A stretch of 64,000 nt of DNA from Opitutales bacterium (GCA_965197745.1 CBDANS010000005.1:160001-224000), one strand, 5' to 3'. Counted from the first letter of the stretch, positions 9,324-21,831 are shown. Numbers and translations are program-made. Notes: generated by a model not told the origin, from the sequence alone.

Positions 9324-11120
9324 ATGGCTATTAACGAAAAAAAAGAGATTACAATCAAAGGAGTCGCGGCTTCACCGGGAGTGACTCATGGTCAAGCCTT
9401 TACCTTTTTGCAGAAAGAGTTGGAAGTGCCGACTTATGAGGTCGCGGAGAAGGATCGAAGTCGAGAAGTATTGCGATTTGAACAGGCCATCATGGAAACA
9501 AGAAAGCAGATAAATTCCATACGGACTGTAATTGCAGAAAAATTGGGAGAAGATGAAGCCAGTATTTTTGATGCCCACCAACTTGTTCTCGAAGATGCGG
9601 CATTGCTCGACGCGACGATACGTGAAGTCGAGGAAACCAGTTTAAACATAGAGCATTGTTTTCAAGAAATATCTAATCGATACATTACCGCTTTTGCTAA
9701 TATTGATGATGAATACATAAAGGAACGCGTGGCTGATATCCGCGATGTTACCCGTCGACTCCTGGGAAATCTTCTGGGACATTCGGATCTGGTCGAAGGC
9801 AAACTTACGGAGAAAAAAATTGTCGTAGCTGAGGATTTATCACCCTCTGATACAGCCAGCTTGGGAAAAAACCATCTCCTTGGTATTGCCACAGATAGGG
9901 GAAGTCGCACGAGTCACTCGGTGATCATGGCACGATCTCTGGAAATCCCTGCGGTGGTAGGGTTACACAATATATCATCACTCGTTCACACCGATGATAT
10001 TCTGCTGATCGACGGTTATAATGGCATCGTTATCATTAATCCTAGCGAACAAAGTCTCTATCAATATGGTCAAATCGAGCATGAACGACAAACGATCAAG
10101 AAAGTCTATAAAAAGGAATCCGACCTACCTGCCGAAACGCGTGATGGACATAAGATTGCGATTAGAGCAAACATTGAAGGATTTGAGGACACCGAGCGGC
10201 TAAAGGGAAGTGGGGCTGACGGAGTAGGGCTTTTCAGAACAGAGGGTATTTATTTAAGTGGCATCAATTTTCCTGACGAGGAGCAACAATATGAATCCTA
10301 TCGAAAGGTCGTGGCCGCCCTCAGCCCGAAGCTGGTTATTATACGCACCCTCGATCTGGGTGGCGACAAGGTTCGCACTCTTTTCACGGGAGGTGAAATA
10401 TCGCATTTAGGGAGCGCGGATTTACATGAAGAGAGCAATCCCTTTATGGGGCTTAGGGCCATTAGATTTTGCCTCGAAAATCCAGAGATTTTTAAGTGTC
10501 AACTGCGCGCCATTCTTAGAGCGGCAGCTCACGGGCAAGTCAAACTTATGTATCCCATGATCAGTAGTGTTGCTGAGCTTCGTGACGCCAATCGCCTTCT
10601 GGATGAATGTAAGGAAGAATTAAAGAATAACGATCATGAATATAATCCAGATGTTGAGTTGGGCATCATGATCGAAATTCCCAGCGCCGCAAGCACTGTC
10701 GATATCTTATCCGAACATTGTAATTTTATCAGTATAGGCACTAACGATCTCATCCAATATATGCTCGCGGTTGACCGTGTTAACGACAGTATTGCTCATC
10801 TATATGAACCCAATCATCCTGCGGTTGTACGCACCATAAAAAATATTATCGATGTGGCCCACGCAAAAGAACTGTCTGTCGCCATTTGTGGAGAGATGGC
10901 CAGCGATCCTATTTATACCATCCTCCTGGTGGGGCTCGGTGCCGATGAGCTCAGTGTAACAACAAGCTTTATTCCCGAGATAAAATACTTAATCCGACAA
11001 TTGAACAGATCCGATGTCGTAAAAATTGCCGAAGATATTCTCAAAATGGGTGAGCCCGACGAAATTTATGATACATTGCGTGATTTTTATCATCATTTAA
11101 TGGGTGAGGGGATAAAATAA
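9324..11120 (+). CDS. ptsI: phosphoenolpyruvate-protein phosphotransferase (PTS enzyme I)
   Basis: TSHSVIMARS (phospho-His), GVGLFRTE, RTLDLGGDK, SIGTNDLIQY, CGEMA. Confidence 0.95.
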   Translation: MAINEKKEITIKGVAASPGVTHGQAFTFLQKELEVPTYEVAEKDRSREVLRFEQAIMETRKQINSIRTVIAEKLGEDEASIFDAHQLVLEDAALLDATIREVEETSLNIEHCFQEISNRYITAFANIDDEYIKERVADIRDVTRRLLGNLLGHSDLVEGKLTEKKIVVAEDLSPSDTASLGKNHLLGIATDRGSRTSHSVIMARSLEIPAVVGLHNISSLVHTDDILLIDGYNGIVIINPSEQSLYQYGQIEHERQTIKKVYKKESDLPAETRDGHKIAIRANIEGFEDTERLKGSGADGVGLFRTEGIYLSGINFPDEEQQYESYRKVVAALSPKLVIIRTLDLGGDKVRTLFTGGEISHLGSADLHEESNPFMGLRAIRFCLENPEIFKCQLRAILRAAAHGQVKLMYPMISSVAELRDANRLLDECKEELKNNDHEYNPDVELGIMIEIPSAASTVDILSEHCNFISIGTNDLIQYMLAVDRVNDSIAHLYEPNHPAVVRTIKNIIDVAHAKELSVAICGEMASDPIYTILLVGLGADELSVTTSFIPEIKYLIRQLNRSDVVKIAEDILKMGEPDEIYDTLRDFYHHLMGEGIK

Positions 11121-11166
11121 AATCTTTACCCCAAAACTATTTTGCAAATAAGGAGTGGATCAATAA

Positions 11167-12144
11167 TCAGGACCTGGCAGGTTTTAATCCACTTCCGAGT
11201 ATCGTTTCAAAATAGGGTTCTTCCTTTTCCTGGGTGATCACGTTTACTTCAACCTGTTTGAAGCCTACCTTTTTTAAATACTGGTAAAGGGTATTTTCCT
11301 TAAAGCCCAACCAGCGGTCGGCATAGAGATCATGAGCTTTTTCAAAATTATGCTCTTTCAGATCTATTATTATGACCTGGCCACCTGGTCTCAATATCCG
11401 GTATGATTCATTCAAGGCCTGAGGGGGGTGTTCAGCATGATGAAGAGCGTGACTTAATAAGGCGAGGTCAACAGAGGAATTCTTTAAAGGGACCTGTTCA
11501 ATATCACCGAGTTTGTATTGTAAATTATTAAAGCCGTTTTTAACCGCTAACCGGGTCCCCACTTCGCACATGCGTGGCGAGTTATCGATACAGATTACTT
11601 TTTTCGCTCGACGTGCGAGTAGTTGTGCGATCATCCCTTCACCCGCACCCAAATCAGCGATATCGATATGGGGTGTAAGATGAAGCAGAAAATGTCCAAT
11701 TGCTTCCCAAGAGCGGCCCGGGCAATATTTTTTTCCGAGGCGTCCGGCTATTTCATTGAAATATCGCTCGGTGGCTTTGCGGCGTTTCTCCAGAACACGT
11801 CTCAAGTTAATCTGGTCTTCCCTCATTTCTTTTACGCCGGCCATAGATTCACAGGCTGAGGCGATCAGTTTTTTTTGCAGATCAATGAGGTTATCATTCA
11901 GGGAATAATAGGTACGTTTGCCTTCTTTCCGGTCAACGACTATTTCACCCTGTCTCAAAAGCGCTAAATGTGACGATATGCGTGACTGTCCCATATCAAG
12001 GATTTCCTGCAGCTCTGCGACAGAAAGCTCTTCTTTTAAGAGGAGATTAATCAGCCGTAAACGTGTTGAATCTCCCAGCAGCTTGAGTATGTCCCTTGGA
12101 TCTATCACCCGGCAATATATCCAATCAAAAACGGGTGAGGTCAA
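11167..12144 (-). CDS. ArsR-family HTH regulator fused to SAM-dependent methyltransferase-like domain (SahR-like)
   Basis: N-terminal LGDSTRLRL...ELSVAEL...QSRISSHL; C-terminal ADLGAGEG, HALHH; exact start uncertain. Confidence 0.85.
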   Translation of the reverse strand: MTSPVFDWIYCRVIDPRDILKLLGDSTRLRLINLLLKEELSVAELQEILDMGQSRISSHLALLRQGEIVVDRKEGKRTYYSLNDNLIDLQKKLIASACESMAGVKEMREDQINLRRVLEKRRKATERYFNEIAGRLGKKYCPGRSWEAIGHFLLHLTPHIDIADLGAGEGMIAQLLARRAKKVICIDNSPRMCEVGTRLAVKNGFNNLQYKLGDIEQVPLKNSSVDLALLSHALHHAEHPPQALNESYRILRPGGQVIIIDLKEHNFEKAHDLYADRWLGFKENTLYQYLKKVGFKQVEVNVITQEKEEPYFETILGSGLKPARS

Positions 12145-12229
12145 GATTTCTGATCATCCTGACTAATCGGGATTACTCGTAATTACTAAATTAAATTACT
12201 CTTTTATGCAAAGAGGAATTACGGGGATC

Positions 12230-14086
12230 TTAATTTAAATCAATATATCGAGAAATCTTTTTAATCGTCCACTCGACTTCATTGTTATCAATATTAATTT
12301 TAACGGTGTCCCCTTGACGTTTGGAGATGAGGCTTTGTCCCAGCGGCGTTTCATAGGAAAGAATATTGTTCTCCGGGTTGCTGTCCCATGCTCCTAATAT
12401 AGAATAACTGACGGTGTTTCCGGTTGAAGCCTGGAGTAACTCAACAACAGCACCGACACCAACGACATCGGTGGGGGTGTCAGAAAAATCAGTGATCTGA
12501 GCTCGAGAAAGATCCATCTCGAGCTGCTCTTTTCGACTGAGCAAGGTGTCTTGGTCCTGGCGGGCCATTTTATATTCAGAATTCTCGCGTATGTCTCCGA
12601 GTTCACGCGCACTTGAAATGGCCTTTGTGTTCTCCGGGATCTTAACGTTGGTGAGTATTTCGTATTCCTTTTTTCGCGATTCAAAACTATCTTTTGAAAC
12701 GAGCAGGTAATCTTGTTCTTTACTGACTTTAATGTCGGTCAATAGATTTTGGACTGTGGGAAACTGCTTAATAAATCGTGCCAGGAGAGAATTTTTAGTG
12801 AGATTTTCAAAACCCTGATTAAGCATCAGGGTAGTGGCAAGATCTCCCGCTGTTTCGGAGTTAGCCGAGGATAATAATTCTGGTATTAATTCAGCATCTT
12901 CACTTAAAAAATCACCGAGAGGAACACGCCGGTTGCCCGCCGTTTGTAAAGCTTCATAATCTATGGCATAAAATATGGCATTGAGGAGACGCGGCGTCAT
13001 CAGATTTTCCAACATCGCTTGATACTTAGGAGAATGACGGTTTTTAACAATCCAGAGGAGAAGCGGTCCTTTAAGTGTTTGTTCATTTAACCACCGTTGT
13101 AAGGTTTCTCGTAATTTATCTTCCTCATTTTTATCAATGAGGAAATTAATACATTCACTGGTAAACTTGCCACTACTGTTTTTGAGCAGGTCCTGCATGA
13201 TTTTTTTCCAATCATCCGGGTAGCAGCGAGTGATGAGGTCGAGTAATCGTTTAAAATAACTGGAGGGGATTTGGGTAGCTAAATTAGTGAGATCTTTATT
13301 TTCGTAAATCATGGAGGCTGAGGTCGGCTCCAAAGTTTCGACATCTTCGTGAATATATCGGGCGAGATCATTGCGCACCCAGAGGCCTTGCAACCGTTCA
13401 CCTGAATTAAGATGGAGCGTTCCTCGTATGGCATCGGTGAGGCTTATAAGGACGTCAGGTAAATGTTGCTTAAGGTTTTCGTTTGAAACAGAAAGGCTTT
13501 GTAGTTTTTCGGCCAGGGATATTTTCTTTTTAGGCGCCTTAGTAGAGAAGAATTGTTCGAGGATTTCATCTTCAGGGGTTACCGGGTCATCACGCAAAAT
13601 ATAGGGGGCGGTTTTCTTTGCCGGTACCGCGATCCGAGGATCCTTAATGAGAAGTTTTTTCGTCGAGGTCCACCATTTCTTATAGCGTTTTTCTCCGAGC
13701 AAGCGGCTTAACTGTTTCTCCAATTCAGAATTAGTGGCGGCATTATTTGATTCGATCGATAGAATTTCTACAATCAGGTCGGCCGGTCTTTTTTTAATGA
13801 TTTCCTCAACCATTTCAGGATCTTCGCGATGACGTGCGATTATACTTTCAGATGACAATATATCGAGGCGATCAATACAAAATACAGGATCCATGGGATG
13901 GGCGGATTTACCGTCCTCAAAATCAATAATGAGTTTATTATCCGGGTTGTTGTATTCTGTAATTTTACCCAACCCCCAACTACGGTGAATACAGTAGGTT
14001 CCCGGTTGCATGGCCTCAAGTTTTCCCCTGGATGACTCTAATTGAGGATGTCTTTGGATAATTAAATCAATATCGTCTTTATTCAT
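12230..14086 (-). CDS. greA: transcription elongation factor GreA with long N-terminal extension
   Basis: C-terminal ARELGDIRENSEY, ILGAWDS, SYETPLG. Confidence 0.85.
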   Translation of the reverse strand: MNKDDIDLIIQRHPQLESSRGKLEAMQPGTYCIHRSWGLGKITEYNNPDNKLIIDFEDGKSAHPMDPVFCIDRLDILSSESIIARHREDPEMVEEIIKKRPADLIVEILSIESNNAATNSELEKQLSRLLGEKRYKKWWTSTKKLLIKDPRIAVPAKKTAPYILRDDPVTPEDEILEQFFSTKAPKKKISLAEKLQSLSVSNENLKQHLPDVLISLTDAIRGTLHLNSGERLQGLWVRNDLARYIHEDVETLEPTSASMIYENKDLTNLATQIPSSYFKRLLDLITRCYPDDWKKIMQDLLKNSSGKFTSECINFLIDKNEEDKLRETLQRWLNEQTLKGPLLLWIVKNRHSPKYQAMLENLMTPRLLNAIFYAIDYEALQTAGNRRVPLGDFLSEDAELIPELLSSANSETAGDLATTLMLNQGFENLTKNSLLARFIKQFPTVQNLLTDIKVSKEQDYLLVSKDSFESRKKEYEILTNVKIPENTKAISSARELGDIRENSEYKMARQDQDTLLSRKEQLEMDLSRAQITDFSDTPTDVVGVGAVVELLQASTGNTVSYSILGAWDSNPENNILSYETPLGQSLISKRQGDTVKINIDNNEVEWTIKKISRYIDLN

Positions 14087-14169
14087 AATGATACATTGTC
14101 TAATATAGAGATATGCCTGGAGCTATATCAGAATTCCAGTTAAGGGGATGAGCTGAATTTAACCGGAAT

Positions 14170-15474
14170 ATGAGAAATTTTTCTAATTCATCCAAAAGCG
14201 GATGGCAGAGAGCCATAATTATCAGCGAATCCTACCTCATAAAACCGGTTAAGGTGGATAAGCTCATCGCAGGTCACTATTCCGATCTTTCCGTTATAGA
14301 ACGACGTCGTTGCCATTATCTGCTATTTGGTATGCTGAGAAATTTACGTTTAATTGAGTTTGCGCTAAGCAAGTTATTATCAAAGGAGCCCAGACCTCTA
14401 TTAAAGTCAATTCTTTTTATCGGAGCAACTGAAATCCTCTTAGCAGACTCATCTTTAGTCCCTAAAATAATTCATCATGCGGTAAAACAGGCTAAATATT
14501 GTGTTAGTTTAAAAGAAAGCGGGATGGTGAATGCGGTCCTGCGTAAATTTCCCGCTGTTATCCGGGCAACACAGGCTTCAGAAATAGATACGATTGAACA
14601 TTTGTCACTCCTCAATAGTCACCCGGAGTGGTTAGTGCGACGCTGGGAAATCCAGTTTGGTCTGAATAAAACGAAACACCTGCTTAATTGGAACCAGCGT
14701 CCATCCCCTGTTTACGTTCGCATCACTGAATCTGAGAATAGAGAACTGGAAGGATCTTTGTCTCCCACCAACTGGCCAGACTTTTTTCTCGTTAAGAATG
14801 ATCAATGGGCGCCCATTGAGGATTTGGTTAATGCCGGTAGGGCTTATGTTATGGATCCCGCCAGCCGTTTGCCGACTGCCTTGCTCGATGTTCAGCCCCA
14901 TGAAACCGTTCTCGACCTGTGTGCTTCACCCGGGGGAAAAAGTATTTTATTAGGAGAGCAACTTAGCGGGAATGGGGGACAGCTGGTTTGTCTTGATTTG
15001 CCAGGTCCAAGACTGGACCTCTTAAAAAAGAATTTAGTAGAATCCCGAGATATCCGATGCGATTTTATTGGAGCCGATCTTTTGGAAACAACACCTGATG
15101 ATTTAAGATCGTGGGGAATGCCCAATAGCTATGACGCTGTTTTGATTGATGCCCCGTGTAGTAATACGGGTGTGCTTCGCCGTAGACCCGACGCTAAATG
15201 GAGACTTTGCATAGACGATATAAAAAGCGCAGCTGATGAACAATTAAAGATGCTTGAATGTGCTTCTGCATTTGTTCGATCTGGGGGTCGTCTCGTCTAT
15301 AGCACATGTAGTATTGAGCGGGAAGAAAATGAGGATTTAATCAGCCGTTTCCTTTCACAATATTCCAATACATGGTGTTTAATGAAAAAAGCAATCAGCC
15401 ATCCCTGGAATAATAATCATGACGGTGGAGCCGCTTTTCTTTTGAAAAAAGACGCGACATTCCCATTGGGTTGA
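14170..15474 (+). CDS. rsmB: RsmB/NOP-family RNA m5C methyltransferase
   Basis: NusB-like N-terminus, SHPEWLV, DLCASPGGKS, DAPCSNTG, YSTCS. Confidence 0.85.
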   Translation: MRNFSNSSKSGWQRAIIISESYLIKPVKVDKLIAGHYSDLSVIERRRCHYLLFGMLRNLRLIEFALSKLLSKEPRPLLKSILFIGATEILLADSSLVPKIIHHAVKQAKYCVSLKESGMVNAVLRKFPAVIRATQASEIDTIEHLSLLNSHPEWLVRRWEIQFGLNKTKHLLNWNQRPSPVYVRITESENRELEGSLSPTNWPDFFLVKNDQWAPIEDLVNAGRAYVMDPASRLPTALLDVQPHETVLDLCASPGGKSILLGEQLSGNGGQLVCLDLPGPRLDLLKKNLVESRDIRCDFIGADLLETTPDDLRSWGMPNSYDAVLIDAPCSNTGVLRRRPDAKWRLCIDDIKSAADEQLKMLECASAFVRSGGRLVYSTCSIEREENEDLISRFLSQYSNTWCLMKKAISHPWNNNHDGGAAFLLKKDATFPLG

Positions 15475-15523
15475 AGGGATCCATGATCGCGCTGAAAAGC
15501 GCGATAGAAGTCTGTGGATATTT

Positions 15524-15820
15524 TCAGGTCTTAAATTTACTGGGACCTTCTTTACCCGCAACTCGGTGATAAGTTCCCGTCAGTTTATCGCGTTCATACT
15601 TTGTGAAACCTGCTTTTTCCACATTTTTATTCTCGAGTTTATTTGCGGTTTGCCAAGGAGTATATTTTTTAGAAATATTTGGGGGCAGGTAAATACGTCT
15701 TACGGGTTCACCTGTGAGCGGATGTTTTGATAAAGGTTCGGCCGTCATGGGCTGCTCAATTTCGAAGATTTCTCCTTCGGAATCATCATCGACAATCACC
15801 TCGTAAACGTAAATTGGCAT
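15524..15820 (-). CDS. FmdB-like putative regulatory protein lacking the zinc-ribbon cysteines
   Basis: MPIYVY...FEIEQPM...PLSKHPLTGEPVRRI pattern. Confidence 0.7.
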   Translation of the reverse strand: MPIYVYEVIVDDDSEGEIFEIEQPMTAEPLSKHPLTGEPVRRIYLPPNISKKYTPWQTANKLENKNVEKAGFTKYERDKLTGTYHRVAGKEGPSKFKT

Positions 15821-16154
15821 AATATAAAAGTAAGTCGTTCAATATATATTAATTTTAAAACAAATCAATGTGATTACCAATGGTTCATTAATAAAGATTA
15901 TTGTATTTTGAATGTGAATGATAATAGTATTCTTTTGCTCTTCTTCGCTAGACCATTTACTCATTGACTGTTATCATTCAATAAATGATAATTGGACCTT
16001 AGTCCTGCGGTAACTTTTGATCTTTTTTTTTAAATCTCAATGCCATTTTATAAATTCTCTTTTTAGGTATTTATAGTATAATCTAATTATCGATAATATC
16101 CTAACAGGGAAGAACCATTAATATAGGTTCTTATTATTTTATTATACAGTATAC

Positions 16155-18653
16155 ATGGATGACGGATCGAATATAGAAGCATTGCCTGAAACGCCTCTCG
16201 AGTGGGGCCTTTTCATGGCAAAACTATTAGGCGTTGTTGTTATCTATTGTGCCATAGCCGGAATCGGACTGGATTTGGCATTGTGGGATAATTATGCGCC
16301 ACTCATATGGCCACCCGCTGGGTTTTCCTTCGCTCTTATTGCCCTCTTTGGTTATCGTTATCTTCCCGCCATTGCCGTGGGCTCTTTCCTCGTCTATTAT
16401 TTACAGGATAGTGGGATAATATATTCACTCGGTGTGGCTTTTGCCTATACCCTGAGCACGACCTTTGCCATCTACGTTTTAAAGAAATTCTGTTCCTTTC
16501 AGGATTCTGCTGAACGCATAAATGATGTGCTTTACTTCATGGCTATTGCGGTGCTTCTCAGCACCCTCTTAAGTTCTATTATAAGTTCATCTTTATTGTG
16601 TCAGTTAAATCCCGAATTCTGGTACGACTTTAAGCGTATCTGGTTAATAAGATGGCTGAGTGATGCTATTGGGATGATTGTGGTAGGGCCCTTTCTTTTA
16701 GTCTGGTTTTCCCACACGCATATCACCTGGACTAACCGTCAGGCCGCTGAGGTCCTGGGATGGCTTATTACCCTGATTTTTATATCGCTCATGGTTTTTC
16801 GTAATTGGGCTCCCATTGACACCCTGCAATATCCACTGGAGTTGGCTTTGTTTCCCATCCTCGCCTGGTCCGCTATTCGGTTTGGCCAGCGCGGGGCTAC
16901 TACGGGAATTATCATTATATCTTTAATTGCGGTCTGGGAGCTGAAAGATGTTGTCGGCCCGGACGCCACTAAATTTCATACTCAACCCCCTCCCTATTTG
17001 TGGGTTTTCCTGGGTGTTCTTTCAGCCACCGCCATGTTTCTCGCGGCTATTTTAACGGAGCACAAATACCGCGAAGATCTTATTCGTGCCAATGAACAAC
17101 GCTTGCGTGCTTTCATAAATGCGATGCCCGACAGTGCATTTGTGATATCAGGTAACGGCCGTTTTCTTGAAGTATTTGCCTCGCCGGACAGCATTTTTAA
17201 CGGGCAGGAAGATACTTTGATTGGGCACCGTTTTGAAGATTTGTACCCGAGTGAAAAATCGGATTTATTTAATCAAACATTGGTGAAAACAATCAACAGT
17301 GCGCAACTGCAGGTCATTGAATACTCATTGCTCTTTGAGGATAGGGAGCATTGGTTTGAAGGACGGTTGGCCCCCATTAATCCTTACGAAAACAGTGAAA
17401 ATCTGGTCATTTGGATGGCCCATGATATTACCGCCCGCAAAGAAGCAGAGGAACAATTAAAACAGGCTAAAGAAGCTGCGGACTCAGCGAATAAAGCAAA
17501 AAGTGACTTTCTTGCAATGATGAGTCATGAAATTCGAACTCCCATGAATGCCATACTTGGTTTTGCCGATCTTCTCGAACGGACGGAAATGGAATCAGGG
17601 CAACGGGATTACCTCAAGATAATAAATCGAAGTGGTAGATCCCTTCTCGATTTGATAAATAATATTCTTGATTTTTCAAAGATTGAATCACGCGGCATTG
17701 AATTGGAAAATACCGTTTTCCGACTGGAAGATACTCTCCTCGAAGTTCTCGATCTCGTTCTTGTTAAGGCCAAGGATAAAGGTATTACGCTCGATTATAA
17801 TATAGACGATTCGAGTGAAGGTTACTTTATTGGTGATTCTCACCGCTTGCATCAGATCATCCTTAACCTCGTCAACAATGCCGTAAAATTTACGAGTGAA
17901 GGTGAAATTAAGGTTAATATTACATCACACGTCACGGAAGAGAACAGGTGGATGTTAGAATTTGCGGTTAAAGATACTGGAATTGGTATCCCCCAGGAAA
18001 AAATCGATCGGCTCTTCAAACCTTTTTCTCAAGTTGACTCTTCGACCACACGGCAATATGGAGGAACAGGTCTTGGGCTTGTCATTTGTAAGCGCTTGTG
18101 TGAAAAAATGGGTGGCGATATATGGGTTGAAAGCAAAGCCAATGAGGGTTCCACTTTCTGTTTTAATATTGAAGTCCTAGGCGCTTCAGCGCCCAAAGAA
18201 GAAACGGAAACGGTATCCTCTTCGGACTCGACTGATGCCAGTGGTCTATCCATAGACTATCCTCTCAAAATTCTCGTGGCTGAAGACGACCAGGTTAATC
18301 AGCACCTCATCCTTGAAATGCTTAAAGAAATCGGCTACTCGGGAGACCTCGCGGAGGATGGGGAGGAAACATTGAGTATGAGCAGTAAAAATGATTATGA
18401 GGTAATACTTCTGGACGTGAGAATGCCTGGAATTGATGGCATGGAAGTAACACGTCGTATTCGCAAAGGTGATTGTGGTGATAATAAAAAAGATATCTAC
18501 ATTATTGCGACTACAGCTTCGGCCCTTAATATTGATCGTGAAAAATGTTTATCAGTGGGAATGAATGATTACCTGTCAAAGCCCATACTTATTTCTCAAC
18601 TCAAAGAGTCACTTATTAATGCATTTGATGTCACAAAATCGCGAACGGTTTAA
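16155..18653 (+). CDS. hybrid sensor histidine kinase (MASE1-PAS-HisKA-HATPase-REC)
   Basis: IWPPAG membrane domain, [39 protein letters not shown]. Confidence 0.92.
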   Translation: MDDGSNIEALPETPLEWGLFMAKLLGVVVIYCAIAGIGLDLALWDNYAPLIWPPAGFSFALIALFGYRYLPAIAVGSFLVYYLQDSGIIYSLGVAFAYTLSTTFAIYVLKKFCSFQDSAERINDVLYFMAIAVLLSTLLSSIISSSLLCQLNPEFWYDFKRIWLIRWLSDAIGMIVVGPFLLVWFSHTHITWTNRQAAEVLGWLITLIFISLMVFRNWAPIDTLQYPLELALFPILAWSAIRFGQRGATTGIIIISLIAVWELKDVVGPDATKFHTQPPPYLWVFLGVLSATAMFLAAILTEHKYREDLIRANEQRLRAFINAMPDSAFVISGNGRFLEVFASPDSIFNGQEDTLIGHRFEDLYPSEKSDLFNQTLVKTINSAQLQVIEYSLLFEDREHWFEGRLAPINPYENSENLVIWMAHDITARKEAEEQLKQAKEAADSANKAKSDFLAMMSHEIRTPMNAILGFADLLERTEMESGQRDYLKIINRSGRSLLDLINNILDFSKIESRGIELENTVFRLEDTLLEVLDLVLVKAKDKGITLDYNIDDSSEGYFIGDSHRLHQIILNLVNNAVKFTSEGEIKVNITSHVTEENRWMLEFAVKDTGIGIPQEKIDRLFKPFSQVDSSTTRQYGGTGLGLVICKRLCEKMGGDIWVESKANEGSTFCFNIEVLGASAPKEETETVSSSDSTDASGLSIDYPLKILVAEDDQVNQHLILEMLKEIGYSGDLAEDGEETLSMSSKNDYEVILLDVRMPGIDGMEVTRRIRKGDCGDNKKDIYIIATTASALNIDREKCLSVGMNDYLSKPILISQLKESLINAFDVTKSRTV

Positions 18654-19039
18654 TGGAAATTTTATCTTTGACCTGTTTCAGCTTGAGCGTTTTGTCCTGA
18701 TACCATCATTAGTTATATTGGCGTCGTGCATTCTCATGGCATCCTGAAGTCCCTGAGTAATGCTTCCGGTTATGAGGGATTATTATTTCTCCCCTTTGTT
18801 ATTATTAATATTTTCACGGTTAAATACGAAGCAAAACTGCGTTATCCATGATTGTATCTTGATATTTTTTGAGGAAACGTTAAAACACTAGATAGTCATG
18901 AGGAAAAATTTATAGAATTGTAGGCTAGCTAAATTGAAGGTTAGAATAAATCCGGCGCACAGTAATAGATTATAGTAACAAGGTTGAATTCGAAAATAGG
19001 GAAAAACTATCTCGCTGTAGAGCCCATCACTTATAAATA

Positions 19040-21597
19040 ATGAAAAGGAAAGTATTATTACCTCAGTTTTCTTTCGGGAGCTTATTGTTTATTCTTCTCC
19101 TCGTATCATTACTCATTGACATATTTCCCTCGTTGCTAAAAACGGTTGAAGCTGATCCAAGATTAGTTCTCTCAAGTTTTGTTATCATCGTTTTGTTTCT
19201 GGTGATGATGGATTTTCGGAATCGGAAAAGCCGACTGCAAAGACTGTCCATCGTTGCTGATTCAATTGGCCAGGGAAACTACCAGTCGCGATCGGATGAT
19301 AAGACAAAGGATTCACTGGGGACTCTTGCTGTTTCCGTTAATCAGATGGCTGAAAAAATCCAAATTTCAATATCGGAACAGGAAGATGCGCAGATAAATA
19401 TCGAAGATTCTCGGGCCAAGTTAGAAGAACAGAACAGGGAACTTTCTCTTGCTGTAGAAAGGCAGGAAGAATTTAGTGAGTTTCTCTCGAATATCGCCTC
19501 GATAGATATCAATACCATCGCCGATACGGCAATGGGTTATCTCATGGCTATCTCGAACAGTCAGTTTGGCTTATTTTATATTTTTGATGATGAAAAGAAA
19601 GAGTTGGTTTTAATATCACAGAAAAGCGTGGACCAAAAATTTTTGCGCAGTTTTATTCACGATGAATTATTGAAGAAGCTTCCTCAAGAACTGATGAGCA
19701 AGAAGAAGTGGATTAATATAGATGATATGGATGCGAACACCTTGCCCGAAATAAACCTGGGGTTTACGAAAGCTAAATTGAGAAATATTTTTGGAATACC
19801 AGTCCTTTTTCAGGATAAATATCTCGGTTCCGTTATTCTGGCGGGATTGGGTAAAGTAGATACAGCAACACGTCAGCATATATCCAATCATATTGAAGTG
19901 CTCGCGAATTCACTGGTTAACGCCACTACCTATCAATCGGTGCAGAATCAGTCTGTTCAATTGGAAGATGCGAATCAGGAACTGCTTGTGGCGCATAAAC
20001 AAAAAAGCGAATTTGTGGCTAATATGAGCCATGAACTGCGCACCCCCTTAATTCCATAATCGGTTTTTCCGGTATTCTCACGAAAAACCGAAAGGGTAAT
20101 CTGGAATCAACAGATATCAATCGAGTTGAAAAGATAAATAAGAATGGAAAGCATTTATTATCTTTAATCAATGATATCCTCGATCTCTCAAAAATTGAGA
20201 CGGGCAAGATGGATTTTGTGATCGAAGAAACAAATTTGGCCATCGTTATACGAGACGTAGTTGAAATGCTGCAACCTCAGAGTGACGCCAGGGGGTTAGA
20301 ATTAAAAAGTGTGATTTCGGATTCCGAGATTAATATGGAGACAGACGGTCACAAATTAAAGCAGGTATTAATCAACATGGTTAGTAACGCCGTAAAGTTT
20401 ACCAGTGAGGGATCGGTTACCGTGCATTGCGTCTTGGAAGATGCGGAATCAAAAAAAGTAAGTATTAGAGTTGTAGATACCGGTATTGGAATTAAACCGG
20501 AAAAGATAAATGTTATATTTGAGGCCTACTCTCAGGCGGAAGATACGACGACACGAGATTTTGGGGGAACCGGCCTGGGGCTGACTATATCTCGTAATAT
20601 TATTGAACAGCTCGGTGGAACGATGGGGGTAACGAGTGAAGAGGGTGTGGGGAGCACCTTTTTCATAGATTTTGAAGGGGGGGCTCCTGCGTCAAATTCT
20701 TCCAGAAAAAAAATCGTTAAAAAAGTAGAGAAACATGTTGAAACACCGAAAGAAACTGAAGCTCTCAAAGGGGATGATGAGAAGACACCCGCGGTTGATA
20801 ACACAACAGAGGGTAAAGAAATTTACCTGGCAAAGGATGGGATTGGGGCATTAACGAGTAATACCGATTCAAAAGAGGCTTTAAAAAATATTCTGCCTGT
20901 TTCTCCGGGGAAACGTATTTTGATAGTAGATGACGATCCGGATGCTCGTGAATTTATTGGAAATTATGTTAAAGAGATGGGGGCTGATTACCGGGAGTGT
21001 GGAGAACCTGAAAAATTATTTGAGGTCATCAGTGATTATAAACCGGATCTTGTTACTTTGGATATAATGATGCCTCAGATCAATGGATTGGAACTGCTGA
21101 TGCAGATGAAAAATAAACCGGAGATTTCTCATATCTCCGTTATCATCATCAGCATGGTCTCAGATACCAATCGAAACAAAGCGATTTCCCTCGGAGCCAT
21201 AGACGCTTTGACCAAACCGGTCATTCAATCTGATTTTCTCAATTGCATTCAAAGGTCATTGAACTCCGATAAAATTGTAAATAGAAAAATATTAATCATT
21301 GACGATTTAGCGGATTATCAGGATTTAATGAAATCATGGTTGAATGAAAATAGTAATGTCATACAAACCGCATCCAACGGAGTTGAAGCATTTAAAGTCT
21401 TGGAGTCGTTTATCCCTGATATTATTTTTCTAGATTTGATAATGCCGGTTATGGATGGGCTAACGTTCTTAAAAGAATTTCGCTCAGTAGAGAAATATTC
21501 TAATATTCCGGTAATTGTTGTTACGGCCAAAGATCTCACCCCGGAAGATCGTAAGTGGATCAGGAGCCGTGCCGATAATATTTTTTCAAAAGGCTGA
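19040..21597 (+). pseudogene. hybrid sensor kinase (TM-HAMP-GAF-HisKA-HATPase-REC-REC) split by a 1-nt frameshift in the H-box
   Basis: SHELRTPL then 'ccc tta att cca taa'; adding one A restores ELRTPLNSIIGFSGIL and joins ORFs 19040..20059 and 20209..21597. Confidence 0.85.
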
Positions 21598-21831
21598 ATT
21601 TGAAGCTTTTATCAGGCATTTGTTGGCCTTAAATAACCGGGTTTAAGCCGGAAAAAGGGCCCACCATTTTATTATGAAATCATTTTCTCAGTAATATTTT
21701 ACTCTGTGAAAACTAATCGTAGTCCCGGAGTTCTCACTCATGGGAAAATAACTTGATAATATACAGGGAGTAAATAGAGATAATTTTGCTTTTCGGAATC
21801 TATTTATGAATCATAAGTTATCGTAATATCG

